Assembly: GCA_902787095.1 (NCBI GenBank)
Contig: CADAFC010000001.1
Coordinates: forward strand, 9,537 to 73,536
Direction: 5' to 3'
Origin: an uncultured Bacteroidia bacterium
GTDB taxonomy: Bacteria > Bacteroidota > Bacteroidia > Bacteroidales > F082
DNA length: 64,000 nucleotides
Part shown: positions 7,458 through 17,205 of the stretch, one piece after another
How positions within the stretch are numbered: position 1 is the first letter of the stretch
How the letters are laid out: each line of letters opens with the position of its first letter
Program-made: the position numbers and the translations under genes
The notes under the pieces: generated by a model
What the model saw: only the letters and a program-made list of their open reading frames with translations
Databases searched by the model: none
Told to the model about the DNA's origin: nothing

Positions 7458-10127
7458 ATGAGGCGAAAGACATACAATATATTGGGCATATTGACTATCT
7501 TATTGACAGTCATGATGTTAGCATCATGCTCAACAAAGAAAAACAAGTGGAACAGACGTGTTTGGCACAACATGACCGCTCATTACAACGTATGGTGGAA
7601 CGGCAACCAGAGCATGAAAGAGGGCGAAAAAGCGCTTCGTGAGGCGGTCAAAGACGATTACAACCAGACGTTGAGGGTGTATAATTACGGCACCAAAGAG
7701 AACGCCATGGCGCTCAACCAACAGATGGACCGCACCATGGAGAAGGACGCTATCTGCATACAGAAGCACTCGATGCGCTTCAACAACGAGGAACGTGTGC
7801 GCTGGATTGACGACGCCTTCATCGACATGGGAAAAGCGCATTTCTACAAGCAGGACTACGTGCCGGCACGCCGAACATTTGACTTCGTGGTGTCACAGTT
7901 CCGCAACAGCAAGGACAGACACACCGCAATGCTTTGGTTGGCAAAGACTTACATCCAGACAGGACAGTACGAGAAAGCTGAGGCTTGTCTGCAGGCGGTG
8001 CTGGTGGCGATAGACGCTGAAGAGAAAATTCCGAAATATGTATACCGGAACATCGACTTGGTGTATGCCGACTATTGCATAGCGATGGGAAATGAAAACG
8101 ATGCGGTGCGCTACCTGCGCAGTGCGCTGCTCACTTCAAAAGACAAGTACAACAAGACCCGCGCCATGTTCATCCTCGGTCAGATTTACATGCATCAGAA
8201 CGACAAGCCGCGTGCCACCGAGCAGTTTAAGAACGTGATTCGCAAGCACCCGTCGTATGAGATGACTTTCGAGGCGCAGATGAGCCTCGCGAGATGCAAC
8301 GATGCCGACACCACAACCATCATGAAGATGCTCCGCAAGATGCTGAAGGACTCCAAGAACGTGGATTACAAAGACCGCATCTACTATGCCATGGCAGGTG
8401 TGGCACTCGACAGGAATAACGAGGCCGACGCGGTGAAATATCTCAGAAACTCTGTCGCGACAAGCACCACCAACAACTTCCAGAAGATTCGCTCTTCGCT
8501 TGACGCTGCAAACATTTTGTTCGAAAACAGCGATTATGTGCTCAGTCAGGCCTATTTCGACACCGCTGTGATGTCGATGGACCGCACCTATCCTGGTTAT
8601 GACAGCCTGTTGAACATGTCGGTGATGCTCACTGACCTCGTCAGCAACCTCGTGGTTTATGAGACACAGGACAGCCTCCTGCGCCTTGCAGAGATGGACA
8701 GCATACATCTGTTTGCCGTCATTGACAAGGTTATTGAGGACTATCAGGCGGAGCAGCAGCGGCTTGAAGAGCAGCGTGAGATAGAGGAACAGATAGCACT
8801 CAACGGAGGCAACGAGAAGCCTGAGGGAGTGGTGCAGCCTAACGACGGCAACTGGTATTTCTACAACACACAGACCCGTAACCGTGGCATGAACGAGTTC
8901 CAAAAGAAATGGGGCAACCGTCTGCTTGAAGACTATTGGTTTATCTCCAACAAACAGACGATGCTGGTGCAGGAAGAGCTGACGGAGCTCACCGAAGATG
9001 AGCTTGCAGCTTTGAGTGACGAGGAACGCGAGGCATATCTCAAGCAACGTGCGATAGAGAGTGACACCACGCAGTATACTGAGCTCGACAGAGGCTACTA
9101 TCTGAAACAGATACCATTCTCGCCAGAAGCGAAGGCAGAGGCTCATGCGCAGATAGAAGCAGCTTTGAACAACATAGGTTTTATTTATTACAGCGACCTC
9201 CACGACTATCCTCGTTCCATCGACGCCTATACCACGCTCTGCGACAGATATCCAGACAACGACAACGAGGTGGCTGCATGGTACTATCTCTACAAGATGC
9301 ATGCGGCAAACAAAGACCTTGCAAACGCTGAAAAATACAAGAGTCTCATCTTGGCAAAATACCCTGATTCAAATCAAGCCAAGATCATCATCGACCCTGA
9401 TTATTTTGTCAAGGAGAATAACAAAGGCGCCGAGGCCGAGCAGCTCTACACAAAGACTTACGAGGCATATAAAAACGGTCAGTATCAACGTGTCATGATG
9501 AATACAAGGAAGGCACGCGAGCAGTTTGCTGACGACACCCTGTACATGCCGAGGTTTGAGTTCCTCAACGCCGTGTCGTTAGGATACGTGGAAGTCGTCG
9601 ACTCGATGGCATATTCCCTCTTGCGACTCATACAGACATATCCTGAAAGCAGCATAAAGCCTTTCGCTTTGGACGTTCTGCTGGCTGCCAACGACATGTA
9701 CGACCTCGGTTTGAACATCGAGAGTGCCCGTCCGAAGGTGGACACTGTTCAGGAAAAGGAATATCCTTACACCTTCAACCCGAGAGACGAGTATTACGTT
9801 GTGGTGATCTGCAACAATAAGGTGAGAATCAACCCGTTGAAGATTCGTATAGGCGACTTCAACAAAAACAACTTCCGAATCAACCAGCTGACGGTGAAGA
9901 ACCTTATGCTCAACAAGCAAGACGCCTTGATTACCGTTGAGAAATTCGAGAATCTCACCAAAGCCCAAGATTATCATAAGGCCATGTTCCTCAGCGACTA
10001 TATCTTCGGAGGCATCAACAATGAGAATTATCAAGTGATAGAGATTTCGGTGCCCAACTTCCCTATTTTCTATGAACAGAAAAACGTGGAGGAATATCTG
10101 GAGTTTTGGAATCTCAACAACAAATAA
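7458..10127 (+). CDS. Large TPR-repeat lipoprotein, PorW/SprE-like (T9SS-associated)
   Basis: 889 aa with a lipoprotein signal (MMLASCS). The N-terminus (KKNKWNRRVWHNMTAHYNVWWNG) and the TPR-like repeats resemble SprE/PorW. This assignment is from memory of the family only. Confidence 0.55.
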   Translation: MRRKTYNILGILTILLTVMMLASCSTKKNKWNRRVWHNMTAHYNVWWNGNQSMKEGEKALREAVKDDYNQTLRVYNYGTKENAMALNQQMDRTMEKDAICIQKHSMRFNNEERVRWIDDAFIDMGKAHFYKQDYVPARRTFDFVVSQFRNSKDRHTAMLWLAKTYIQTGQYEKAEACLQAVLVAIDAEEKIPKYVYRNIDLVYADYCIAMGNENDAVRYLRSALLTSKDKYNKTRAMFILGQIYMHQNDKPRATEQFKNVIRKHPSYEMTFEAQMSLARCNDADTTTIMKMLRKMLKDSKNVDYKDRIYYAMAGVALDRNNEADAVKYLRNSVATSTTNNFQKIRSSLDAANILFENSDYVLSQAYFDTAVMSMDRTYPGYDSLLNMSVMLTDLVSNLVVYETQDSLLRLAEMDSIHLFAVIDKVIEDYQAEQQRLEEQREIEEQIALNGGNEKPEGVVQPNDGNWYFYNTQTRNRGMNEFQKKWGNRLLEDYWFISNKQTMLVQEELTELTEDELAALSDEEREAYLKQRAIESDTTQYTELDRGYYLKQIPFSPEAKAEAHAQIEAALNNIGFIYYSDLHDYPRSIDAYTTLCDRYPDNDNEVAAWYYLYKMHAANKDLANAEKYKSLILAKYPDSNQAKIIIDPDYFVKENNKGAEAEQLYTKTYEAYKNGQYQRVMMNTRKAREQFADDTLYMPRFEFLNAVSLGYVEVVDSMAYSLLRLIQTYPESSIKPFALDVLLAANDMYDLGLNIESARPKVDTVQEKEYPYTFNPRDEYYVVVICNNKVRINPLKIRIGDFNKNNFRINQLTVKNLMLNKQDALITVEKFENLTKAQDYHKAMFLSDYIFGGINNENYQVIEISVPNFPIFYEQKNVEEYLEFWNLNNK

Positions 10128-10138
10128 ATCATAATAAT

Positions 10139-10507
10139 ATGGGTGCAACAACAAATCAAGAACAACTAGGTAGAAACAACCTCATCGGCAATGGCACTAC
10201 CCTCAAAGGCGAAATCGTTGCCACAGGCGACATCCGTATTGACGGCACTATTATAGGAACGGTGAAATCGACAGGGAAGGTCGTCATAGGACAGCAGGGA
10301 GTTGTTGAAGGTGAGATAATCTGCAACAGCGCCGACATCTCTGGCCACGCAAAAGGCACAATAAGAGTGGAGGAGCTGACATCACTGAAATCGACCTCAC
10401 GCCTTGAAGTGGATCTTTACACCAAGCAGCTGTTCATAGAGATAGGTGCCATCTTCACCGGCAAGTGCGACATGACACAGAAAGTTGCCGAAATGCCAAA
10501 GAAATAA
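10139..10507 (+). CDS. Bactofilin family polymer-forming cytoskeletal protein
   Basis: Repetitive beta-helix pattern (GTTLKGEIVATGDIRIDGTIIGTVKSTGKVVIGQQGVVEGEI...). The start is set at ATG 10139, after the upstream stop at 10127. Confidence 0.8.
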   Translation: MGATTNQEQLGRNNLIGNGTTLKGEIVATGDIRIDGTIIGTVKSTGKVVIGQQGVVEGEIICNSADISGHAKGTIRVEELTSLKSTSRLEVDLYTKQLFIEIGAIFTGKCDMTQKVAEMPKK

Positions 10508-10513
10508 GACGTT

Positions 10514-10882
10514 ATGATGGAAAAGAAAGACTCGAGATTCATAACGCAGCTGGTCATCCTGACAGTTATTGTCATGGTGGCTTGCCTATTTGCGCACAAG
10601 CTGCTGACGGTATGGTGGCCTGCCATAGTGGTGTTTTTCGCCATCGTCAGCGCGGCGATGTATTTCCTCAGCGAGAAAGCCAGGGCAAAAGACATGCGCA
10701 AGTTCGCCAATTTCTACATGGCATCGACGGTGGTGAAAATGGTGTTATACCTTGCAATAATCATCATTTACGTCATGAATTTCAAGGAAGACGGCAAACG
10801 TTTCGCCATCACTTTCCTAATCATATATTTGATTTACAGTATTTTTGAGACAATCAAACTCGCTAAAAAAGAAAAGAAATAA
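10514..10882 (+). CDS. Small integral membrane protein (3-4 TM), function unknown
   Basis: 122 aa with several hydrophobic helices, 6 nt downstream of the bactofilin gene. I recognise no diagnostic motif. Confidence 0.5.
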   Translation: MMEKKDSRFITQLVILTVIVMVACLFAHKLLTVWWPAIVVFFAIVSAAMYFLSEKARAKDMRKFANFYMASTVVKMVLYLAIIIIYVMNFKEDGKRFAITFLIIYLIYSIFETIKLAKKEKK

Positions 10883-10887
10883 ATATC

Positions 10888-11502
10888 ATGAACAACAACG
10901 AACTTATAGGATACGAAAAGATTGAAAGATACAATCCAGGTCGTACTGAGAAACTTGAACAGCACTACCGTGCTATTTTACAACTTTTAGGTGAAGACCC
11001 GAACCGTGAAGGTCTGCTGAAGACCCCGAAACGCATGGCCAAGTCGATGCAGTTCCTGACACAGGGTTACAACATGGATCCCATGGAGATACTGCTATCG
11101 GCAAGATTCCGTGAAGACTACCGCCAGATGGTGATTGTCAAGGACATAGAGCTGTTTTCGATGTGCGAGCACCACATGATTCCGTTCATCGGGAAGGCGC
11201 ATGTGGCATACATCCCGAACGGATACATCACCGGCTTGAGCAAAATCGCGAGAGTGGTGGAGGTCTACGCACGCCGTCTGCAGGTGCAGGAACGCCTCAC
11301 CACGCAGATTAAGGAAGCCATCAACGAGGCTTTGCATCCGCTGGGAGTCGCCGTCGTCATCGAGGCACGCCACCTCTGCATGTGCATGAGAGGCGTACAG
11401 AAGCTTAATTCCGTGACCACGACATCAGACTTCGTGGGCGCATTTGAACGCGGCGAGACGAGAACGGAATTCTTGAATTTAATTGGAAAAGACTTACATT
11501 AG
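10888..11502 (+). CDS. folE: GTP cyclohydrolase I
   Basis: 204 aa with the conserved [21 protein letters not shown] and QERLT motifs. Confidence 0.93.
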   Translation: MNNNELIGYEKIERYNPGRTEKLEQHYRAILQLLGEDPNREGLLKTPKRMAKSMQFLTQGYNMDPMEILLSARFREDYRQMVIVKDIELFSMCEHHMIPFIGKAHVAYIPNGYITGLSKIARVVEVYARRLQVQERLTTQIKEAINEALHPLGVAVVIEARHLCMCMRGVQKLNSVTTTSDFVGAFERGETRTEFLNLIGKDLH

Positions 11503-11509
11503 TGATAAT

Positions 11510-12229
11510 ATGAACGAAAATTATGAAATGCATAATTCGACAGGAGTCTTGTCGAATACGTTTGTGGCAAACGTCTTCTTATGGATGTTTGCGGCATTGG
11601 GAATCACTGCGCTGACGGCATATCTGTTTGGCACAACACCGGATCTCATGATGTCGATGTTCTCGGTTCGTGCCGACGGCAGCGCATCGTTGAACCTTCT
11701 TGGCTGGATAGTGATGCTCGCACCGCTTATTATAGTGTTCGTCATGTCGTATGGCATGGAGAAGATGAAAGCCTCGACGATGATAATCCTATACATAGTG
11801 TATTCCATCCTGATGGGCATGAGTTTGGGGTTCATTTTCTTGGCTTACACGGGTGCTTCGATAACAAAGACCTTTGTAATCACAGCCGGAATGTTCGGCC
11901 TGATGGCGTTTTTGGGCTATACCACCAAAACCGACCTCACCAAGATGGGCTCTATTTTGCTGATGGGACTGTTTGGCATCATCCTCGCCTCTGTGGTGAA
12001 CATGTTCATGCACAGCGAGAGTCTCGACTACATTGTCAGCATCATCGGAGTTATCATCTTCACAGGATTAACTGCTTATGATGTGCAGAAAATCAAGCAG
12101 ATCGGCATGTTGGGACTGGATAACAACGAGACGATGACCAAGATCTCGATTCAAGCGGCTTTGAGTCTGTATCTTGATTTCATCAATTTATTCCTTTATT
12201 TATTGAGATTTTTTGGAAAAAGAAATTAA
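11510..12229 (+). CDS. Bax inhibitor-1/YccA family membrane protein
   Basis: About 240 aa with 7 predicted TM helices. The C-terminal pattern is typical of BI-1/YccA (AALSLYLDFINLFLYLLRFFG). The start is set at the first ATG after the folE stop. Confidence 0.85.
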   Translation: MNENYEMHNSTGVLSNTFVANVFLWMFAALGITALTAYLFGTTPDLMMSMFSVRADGSASLNLLGWIVMLAPLIIVFVMSYGMEKMKASTMIILYIVYSILMGMSLGFIFLAYTGASITKTFVITAGMFGLMAFLGYTTKTDLTKMGSILLMGLFGIILASVVNMFMHSESLDYIVSIIGVIIFTGLTAYDVQKIKQIGMLGLDNNETMTKISIQAALSLYLDFINLFLYLLRFFGKRN

Positions 12230-12238
12230 AAAATAACT

Positions 12239-13117
12239 ATGAAAGCATACGTTTTTCCCGGACAGGGAGCACAATTTGTGGGAATGGGAAAGGACTTGTA
12301 CGACAAGTTTCCGAAGGCTAAAGACATGTTTAACAAAGCCAATGACATCTTGAAATTCAAGATCACCGACATAATGTTTGAGGGCACCGATGAGGACTTG
12401 CGCCAGACCAAGGTCACGCAGCCTGCCATCTTCCTTCATTCAGTGATTTTGGCTGCAATGCTTGAGGATTTCAAGCCTGACATGGTGGCAGGACACTCTT
12501 TGGGAGAGTTTTCGGCACTCGTCGCCAACAAGACCCTGACATTTGAAGACGGCTTGAAGCTCGTGTCGCAGCGTGCCATGGCCATGCAGAAGGCCTGTGA
12601 TGCCAACCCTGGCACCATGGCGGCTATCATCAACCTCGAGGACGAGGTGATTCGTAAGATCTGCGCCTCAATTGACGAGGTGGTGGTACCTGCCAACTTC
12701 AACAGTCCTGGTCAGGTGGTGATTTCAGGAAGCATGAAAGGCATTGAGATAGCATGTGAGAAGATGAAGGAAGCCGGTGCAAAACGCGCTCTTCCTTTGA
12801 AGGTCGGTGGAGCATTCCACAGCCCGTTGATGGAGCCTGCACGCGAGGAGTTGGCGGAGGCCATACAGAAGACCAAGTTCTCGGCAGGCATCTGCCCTGT
12901 GTATCAGAATGTTACAGGTCAGGCGGTGCAAGACCCGGAGATCATCAAAGTGAACCTCATCAAGCAGCTCACGGCACCTGTGTGCTGGACGCAGACCATG
13001 GAAAACATGATTGCGGCAGGCGTTAACCAGGTGGTTGAAGTGGGTCCTGGCACAGTGCTTCAGGGTTTGTTCAAAAGAATGAACGGCAACATCGAATTGT
13101 CAAGCGCAGCGATATAA
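12239..13117 (+). CDS. fabD: ACP S-malonyltransferase
   Basis: 292 aa starting FPGQGAQFVGMG, with the active-site GHSLGEFSA. Confidence 0.93.
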   Translation: MKAYVFPGQGAQFVGMGKDLYDKFPKAKDMFNKANDILKFKITDIMFEGTDEDLRQTKVTQPAIFLHSVILAAMLEDFKPDMVAGHSLGEFSALVANKTLTFEDGLKLVSQRAMAMQKACDANPGTMAAIINLEDEVIRKICASIDEVVVPANFNSPGQVVISGSMKGIEIACEKMKEAGAKRALPLKVGGAFHSPLMEPAREELAEAIQKTKFSAGICPVYQNVTGQAVQDPEIIKVNLIKQLTAPVCWTQTMENMIAAGVNQVVEVGPGTVLQGLFKRMNGNIELSSAAI

Positions 13118-14715
13118 TGAGACGTAAGCATTTGACACCCATATATTTAAGCCTCGCAGTCGCCTTCGGCGTCCTGCTCGGCATCGTCATATCACGTTCA
13201 AACAACCCCAACGCCTTTGTTAATAATGGCGGTATGAACTTGGTTGACAAGGTGTTTTATCTCATTGAAAATGAATATGTTGACACTGTCAATATAGACA
13301 AATTGCAAGTCGATGCGGTTACCAGCGTCATCGACAAGATGGATCCGCACAGCGAATATTTCGAGCCAGAGGTCTTGGAAGAGGTCAATGAGGACCTGCA
13401 AGGCAGTTTTGAGGGCATAGGCGTGACGTTCAGGATTGAGAAAGACACCGTCACCATCATCAGCACCATCAAGGGCGGGCCTTCGGAGAAGGTCGGAATA
13501 CTGGCTGGCGACAGAATCGTTTATGTGGGCGACAGTCTCATCGCTGGTGTAGGCATCAATAACAACAGGGTGATGAAGCTCTTGAAGGGGCCGCGTGGCA
13601 CCAAGGTTGGCGTCAAGGTATATAGGAGGGATGTCTCTGAATTGATTGATTTTGTGATTGTTAGAGACGTTATTCCTACTTACAGCGTCGACGTGGCGTA
13701 TATGCTTGACGAGACGACAGGTTACATCAAGCTGGAGAAGTTCATTGCCACCACTCACAAAGAGTTTGTCAAGGCCGTGAAGAAGCTGCAGGGACAAGGG
13801 ATGACGAAGCTCATCTTCGACTTGCGCAACAATGGTGGAGGCTACTTGGTGGAGGCTGTTGACATCGCCGACGAGTTCTTGCCGAAGGGCAGTCTCATCG
13901 TCTACACACAGGGCGAGCACCGTGACAGGCAGTACATCTTCGCGCGCCGGCGGGGCATGTTGGAAGACACGCCTGTCATCATACTCATCGACGAGGGGTC
14001 AGCATCGGCATCGGAGATTGTGGCCGGCGCGCTCCAGGACAACGACAGAGGCACCATCATCGGACGCCGTTCGTTCGGCAAGGGCCTGGTGCAGGAGCAG
14101 TTCGACCTGGGCGACGGGGCGGGCTTGAGGCTCACCGTGGCACGTTATTACACCCCGACAGGACGTTGCATACAGAAGCCATACGACGGCGACAGGGAGA
14201 AATACATCTTGGAGGCTTACGACAGATACAACTCAGGCGAGATGTTCAGTGCCGACAGCATACACTTCGCCGACTCGCTGAAGTACATCACGCCAGGCGG
14301 CAAGGTCGTTTACGGTGGCGGTGGCATCATGCCCGACATCTACGTGCCGCTGAAACAGGATTCGACAGAGTATTTCTTCAACAAGATTGTCAACGCCAGC
14401 GTGGTGTTCCAATATGCGTTCGACTATTCTGACGCTCATCGCGACGAGATTTTGAAATACGGTGACGAGAACAACTTTGACAAGAAGTTCAAGTTCACCG
14501 ACAAGATGTGGAACGACATCATGAAAGAGGCTAAAGACAAGAAAATCACAGGCACTGACGAGCAGATTGCGGTGGCAAAGGAAAAGACTCCGCAGCTGTT
14601 TAAAGCATACGTGGCAAGGAATGTGTTTGGGGACGAAGCGTTCTATCCGTTGTATAGGCCAATGGATGAGATACTGCAGGAGACAATGAGATTCATCGCC
14701 AATGGCTCAGAATGA
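13117..14715 (+). CDS. S41 family C-terminal processing peptidase
   Basis: 532 aa with an N-terminal anchor and a PDZ region (GGPSEKVGILAGDRI). It has the catalytic Ser motif (EGSASASEIVAGALQD) and a downstream FGKGLVQ. Confidence 0.9.
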   Translation: MRRKHLTPIYLSLAVAFGVLLGIVISRSNNPNAFVNNGGMNLVDKVFYLIENEYVDTVNIDKLQVDAVTSVIDKMDPHSEYFEPEVLEEVNEDLQGSFEGIGVTFRIEKDTVTIISTIKGGPSEKVGILAGDRIVYVGDSLIAGVGINNNRVMKLLKGPRGTKVGVKVYRRDVSELIDFVIVRDVIPTYSVDVAYMLDETTGYIKLEKFIATTHKEFVKAVKKLQGQGMTKLIFDLRNNGGGYLVEAVDIADEFLPKGSLIVYTQGEHRDRQYIFARRRGMLEDTPVIILIDEGSASASEIVAGALQDNDRGTIIGRRSFGKGLVQEQFDLGDGAGLRLTVARYYTPTGRCIQKPYDGDREKYILEAYDRYNSGEMFSADSIHFADSLKYITPGGKVVYGGGGIMPDIYVPLKQDSTEYFFNKIVNASVVFQYAFDYSDAHRDEILKYGDENNFDKKFKFTDKMWNDIMKEAKDKKITGTDEQIAVAKEKTPQLFKAYVARNVFGDEAFYPLYRPMDEILQETMRFIANGSE

Positions 14716-14726
14716 CAATCACTACT

Positions 14727-14817
14727 GTCATTCCGAACGAAGTGAGGAATTTCAAACAAATTGAATGAGATTTCTCCACTTCATCTCTCCTGTCGTCGAG
14801 ATTTCGGTCGAAATGAC
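14727..14817. repeat. Palindromic intergenic repeat element, copy B (two inverted units of the GTCATTYCGA family)
   Basis: The left unit is gtcattccgaacgaagtgaggaatttc. The right unit, read on the other strand, is gtcatttcgaccgaaatctcgacgacaggagagatgaagtggagaaatctc. The element lies immediately after the S41 peptidase stop. Confidence 0.65.
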
Positions 14818-14859
14818 GTTAAAAAATTAATTTTTTGTAAAACGTAATAAAAAAAATTG

Positions 14860-14867
14860 TATTTTTG
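14860..14867 (+). promoter_or_regulatory. Bacteroidetes-type -7 promoter box (TAnnTTTG) for yceD-rpmF
   Basis: tatttttg lies 19 nt upstream of ATG 14886. The ORF-track start at 14865 is a TTG inside this box, so I rejected it. Confidence 0.4.
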
Positions 14868-14885
14868 CAGCCCGAATTGGATAAA

Positions 14886-15422
14886 ATGAAGAAAGAGGAA
14901 CATAATTTCACGATTCCATTGGCAGGTTTGCCGTTCGGACATACTGATTATCAATATGTTATTGACGACAAGTTCTTTGAGGAGCGAGATTATTCGGAGG
15001 TAAAAAAAGGAGTTGTGAACCTTCATTTAGGCGTCGAAAAGATGGAAACGATGTTCGTTTTGGCGTTGAATTTTGAAGGAAAGGTGGTTCTTCAGTGCGA
15101 CAGATGCGGTGATGACTATGAGCAGAAGGTTGAAGACTCGGCTGAGATTTACCTGAAATATGGTGCCGAGAAAGGCGACGAGAACGAGGATGTCATCATG
15201 ATCACGAAGAATGACAGTGATTTTGATCTGAGTGATTTGATTTATGAATACATCATCTTGTCGCTACCGATTCACAGAACGCACGACGACGAGAGCTTGT
15301 GCAACCAGGAGGTGCTGGAGAGACTGCACAACTTCTCTCAGTCGGAGGCGGAGGAAGAAAAAAACGACAACCCGATGTGGGCTGAGATGATGAAAGAATT
15401 GAAAGACAAATTAGATAAGTAG
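14886..15422 (+). CDS. YceD/DUF177 family protein
   Basis: About 178 aa with an acidic C-terminus and a CDRCGD motif. It occupies the conserved position directly upstream of rpmF. Confidence 0.75.
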   Translation: MKKEEHNFTIPLAGLPFGHTDYQYVIDDKFFEERDYSEVKKGVVNLHLGVEKMETMFVLALNFEGKVVLQCDRCGDDYEQKVEDSAEIYLKYGAEKGDENEDVIMITKNDSDFDLSDLIYEYIILSLPIHRTHDDESLCNQEVLERLHNFSQSEAEEEKNDNPMWAEMMKELKDKLDK

Positions 15423-15442
15423 TAATTAAAAAATAATGTAAA

Positions 15443-15631
15443 ATGGCACATCCTAAACGAAGACAGTCTCATACAAGAGGCGCGAAAAGAAGAACTCACT
15501 ACAAAGCTGAGGTCCCTACATTGGCAACATGCCCGGTAACAGGCACAATCCACGTATATCACAGAGCATACTATGTTGACGGTGACCTTTACTACAAAGG
15601 AAAACTCGTCATGGAGGGTGCTAAGAAATAA
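15443..15631 (+). CDS. rpmF: 50S ribosomal protein L32
   Basis: 62 aa beginning MAHPKRRQSHTRGAKRRTHYK. Confidence 0.95.
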   Translation: MAHPKRRQSHTRGAKRRTHYKAEVPTLATCPVTGTIHVYHRAYYVDGDLYYKGKLVMEGAKK

Positions 15632-15669
15632 ACAAAGGAAATTTTTTTCATAATCTTTATATTGTTTTT

Positions 15670-15700
15670 CCCCGCCTTTCGTGTAAAGGTGGGGTTTTTT
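15670..15700 (+). terminator. Rho-independent terminator after rpmF
   Basis: Stem ccccgccttt / aaaggtgggg (one G-U pair), 5-nt loop, followed by tttttt. Confidence 0.75.
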
Positions 15701-15714
15701 AAAATACGACAGAC

Positions 15715-16422
15715 ATGTGGCTTTTTGAAAAGAAATACTCTATCAGTGGCAGCGGGCTTCTGAAAGGATGGACCGACTGGCACAGTCATATACTCCCTGG
15801 CGTTGACGATGGCATCAAGACGATGGAGGATTCGTTGAAGGTGCTTGAGTATTATGAAAAAGCCGGAGTGGAAGATGTGTGGTGTACTCCGCATGTCATG
15901 GCTGACACGCCAAACGAGCCGAAGAATCTCCGCATACAGTTCGAGAAGCTTCAGGCGGCATACAGCGGACCATTGCGACTCCATCTGGGTGCGGAGAACA
16001 TGATTGACAAGCTGTTTGAGCAGCGTTTGGCCGACAACGACTTGTTGTCACTTCCCAACAACTGTCTGTTGGTGGAGACTTCTTATTTATATCCCCCGTT
16101 GAATTTATGGGAGATGCTTGATGAGATACGTTCGAAGGGATATTGGCCTGTGTTGGCGCATCCGGAGCGTTATGTATACATGGGACCGGATGACTACCAG
16201 CGACTGATGAGGAGAGATGTGCAGCTTCAGCTTAACCTGCCGTCGCTCAGCGGCTTATATGGTCGCGAAGCACGCAACAAAGCGTTCTGGCTGCTGAAGA
16301 AGGGCTATTACCAGCGTTCAGGTTCGGATCTTCACCGTTTACAGCCCATTATTGACGCTTTTGACAAGAAGAGTGTCAACTCCGAGATAGTGAAAGCACT
16401 TGAGGAGGTTGTTTGGAGGTAA
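15715..16422 (+). CDS. PHP-family (CpsB/YwqE type) manganese-dependent protein-tyrosine phosphatase
   Basis: 235 aa with an N-terminal DWHSHILPGVDDG motif and later LAHPERY. This is the CpsB/Cap8C-type signature. Confidence 0.85.
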   Translation: MWLFEKKYSISGSGLLKGWTDWHSHILPGVDDGIKTMEDSLKVLEYYEKAGVEDVWCTPHVMADTPNEPKNLRIQFEKLQAAYSGPLRLHLGAENMIDKLFEQRLADNDLLSLPNNCLLVETSYLYPPLNLWEMLDEIRSKGYWPVLAHPERYVYMGPDDYQRLMRRDVQLQLNLPSLSGLYGREARNKAFWLLKKGYYQRSGSDLHRLQPIIDAFDKKSVNSEIVKALEEVVWR

Positions 16423-16424
16423 GG

Positions 16425-17195
16425 CTATCTTACCAAAAGCTTTTTCACAACATTTTTGGTTTTTTGCATTAACAATTCCTTGGTCCATGGGACGATGTTG
16501 TCGTTCCAGCGCTGAGGATGTGTCGTCATCATAATCTGATGCGGCATACGTTCTTTGTTGACGGCTTGAATTATGTCGTCGGTGGAATGAAACACCAGTC
16601 CTTCTGAGCACCAGCGGTCCTGATGCATTGGAATTTTGTCGCGCACGCTCACTTTGAATCCGTCCCAGCGGCGGCCAGTGTCGGTGAGATAAAACATCTG
16701 GGAGAAGTCGATGTCGAAATACGGCTCACCGAGGATGCTGAAGTCGCGGTAGGACTTGGCTTTCCACAGTTCTCTGTTATCGTATTTAGAGCGCGGGCTT
16801 CCGTGCATACATATAGTGGTGACGGGAGCCAGCACTCGTAATTTGTTGAGGTTTGTCTCAAAATCAAGGAGAGCCGCTGTTGTGTCGCCATTACAGGTGG
16901 CAAGCGACTCGTAATGATAGCCTATTTCGTGCCCCAGTGACGCAATTTCTTTGATAATCACTTCGTCCCAGCTTTCTGGGACGGCTCGGAAATAATATGA
17001 TGCCTTCATCCCGAGCGAGGCCTCGATGCGAGCTGTAGCCAGAGAGTTTTTCGGTTTCTTATCCACGTCGTGGCGAAGTATCACGAGACGTGCCGGACGT
17101 GTTATCTTCATATATTCGGCAAAGGTTATTGTGACATAACCTTTACTTTGCAATGCTGTGAGCAGTTCCCGATATTTCTTCCTTGTGAAATCCAT
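16425..17195 (-). CDS. Polysaccharide deacetylase-like (CE4-like) protein; last gene of the glycan locus
   Basis: 256 aa with RHDVD and HEIGYH motifs resembling CE4 metal and catalytic motifs. It starts 10 nt downstream of the wzc-like gene. The family call is from memory and is moderate. Confidence 0.55.
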   Translation of the reverse strand: MDFTRKKYRELLTALQSKGYVTITFAEYMKITRPARLVILRHDVDKKPKNSLATARIEASLGMKASYYFRAVPESWDEVIIKEIASLGHEIGYHYESLATCNGDTTAALLDFETNLNKLRVLAPVTTICMHGSPRSKYDNRELWKAKSYRDFSILGEPYFDIDFSQMFYLTDTGRRWDGFKVSVRDKIPMHQDRWCSEGLVFHSTDDIIQAVNKERMPHQIMMTTHPQRWNDNIVPWTKELLMQKTKNVVKKLLVR

Positions 17196-17205
17196 AATTC
17201 CGATG

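Noticed and set aside
8136-9302. 388-aa ORF on the minus strand inside the PorW/SprE-like gene
   Set aside because: It lies entirely antisense to a well-supported 889-aa gene. The product is low-complexity and Leu/Val/His-rich with no recognisable motif. This is a typical shadow ORF.
1-10127. T9SS genes (porP-porK-porL, PorW/SprE-like) as a novel system
   Set aside because: The gene order and features are canonical for Bacteroidota. Only the repeat element in the porK-porL spacer is unusual, and it is reported separately.
13198-13920. 240-aa minus-strand ORF
   Set aside because: It is antisense to the S41 peptidase gene. It is a shadow ORF.
14781-15026. 81-aa minus-strand ORF ending ...TSFRPKSRRQER
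   Set aside because: It overlaps the repeat element, the yceD promoter and the yceD 5' end in antisense. The C-terminal peptide is just the repeat unit translated.
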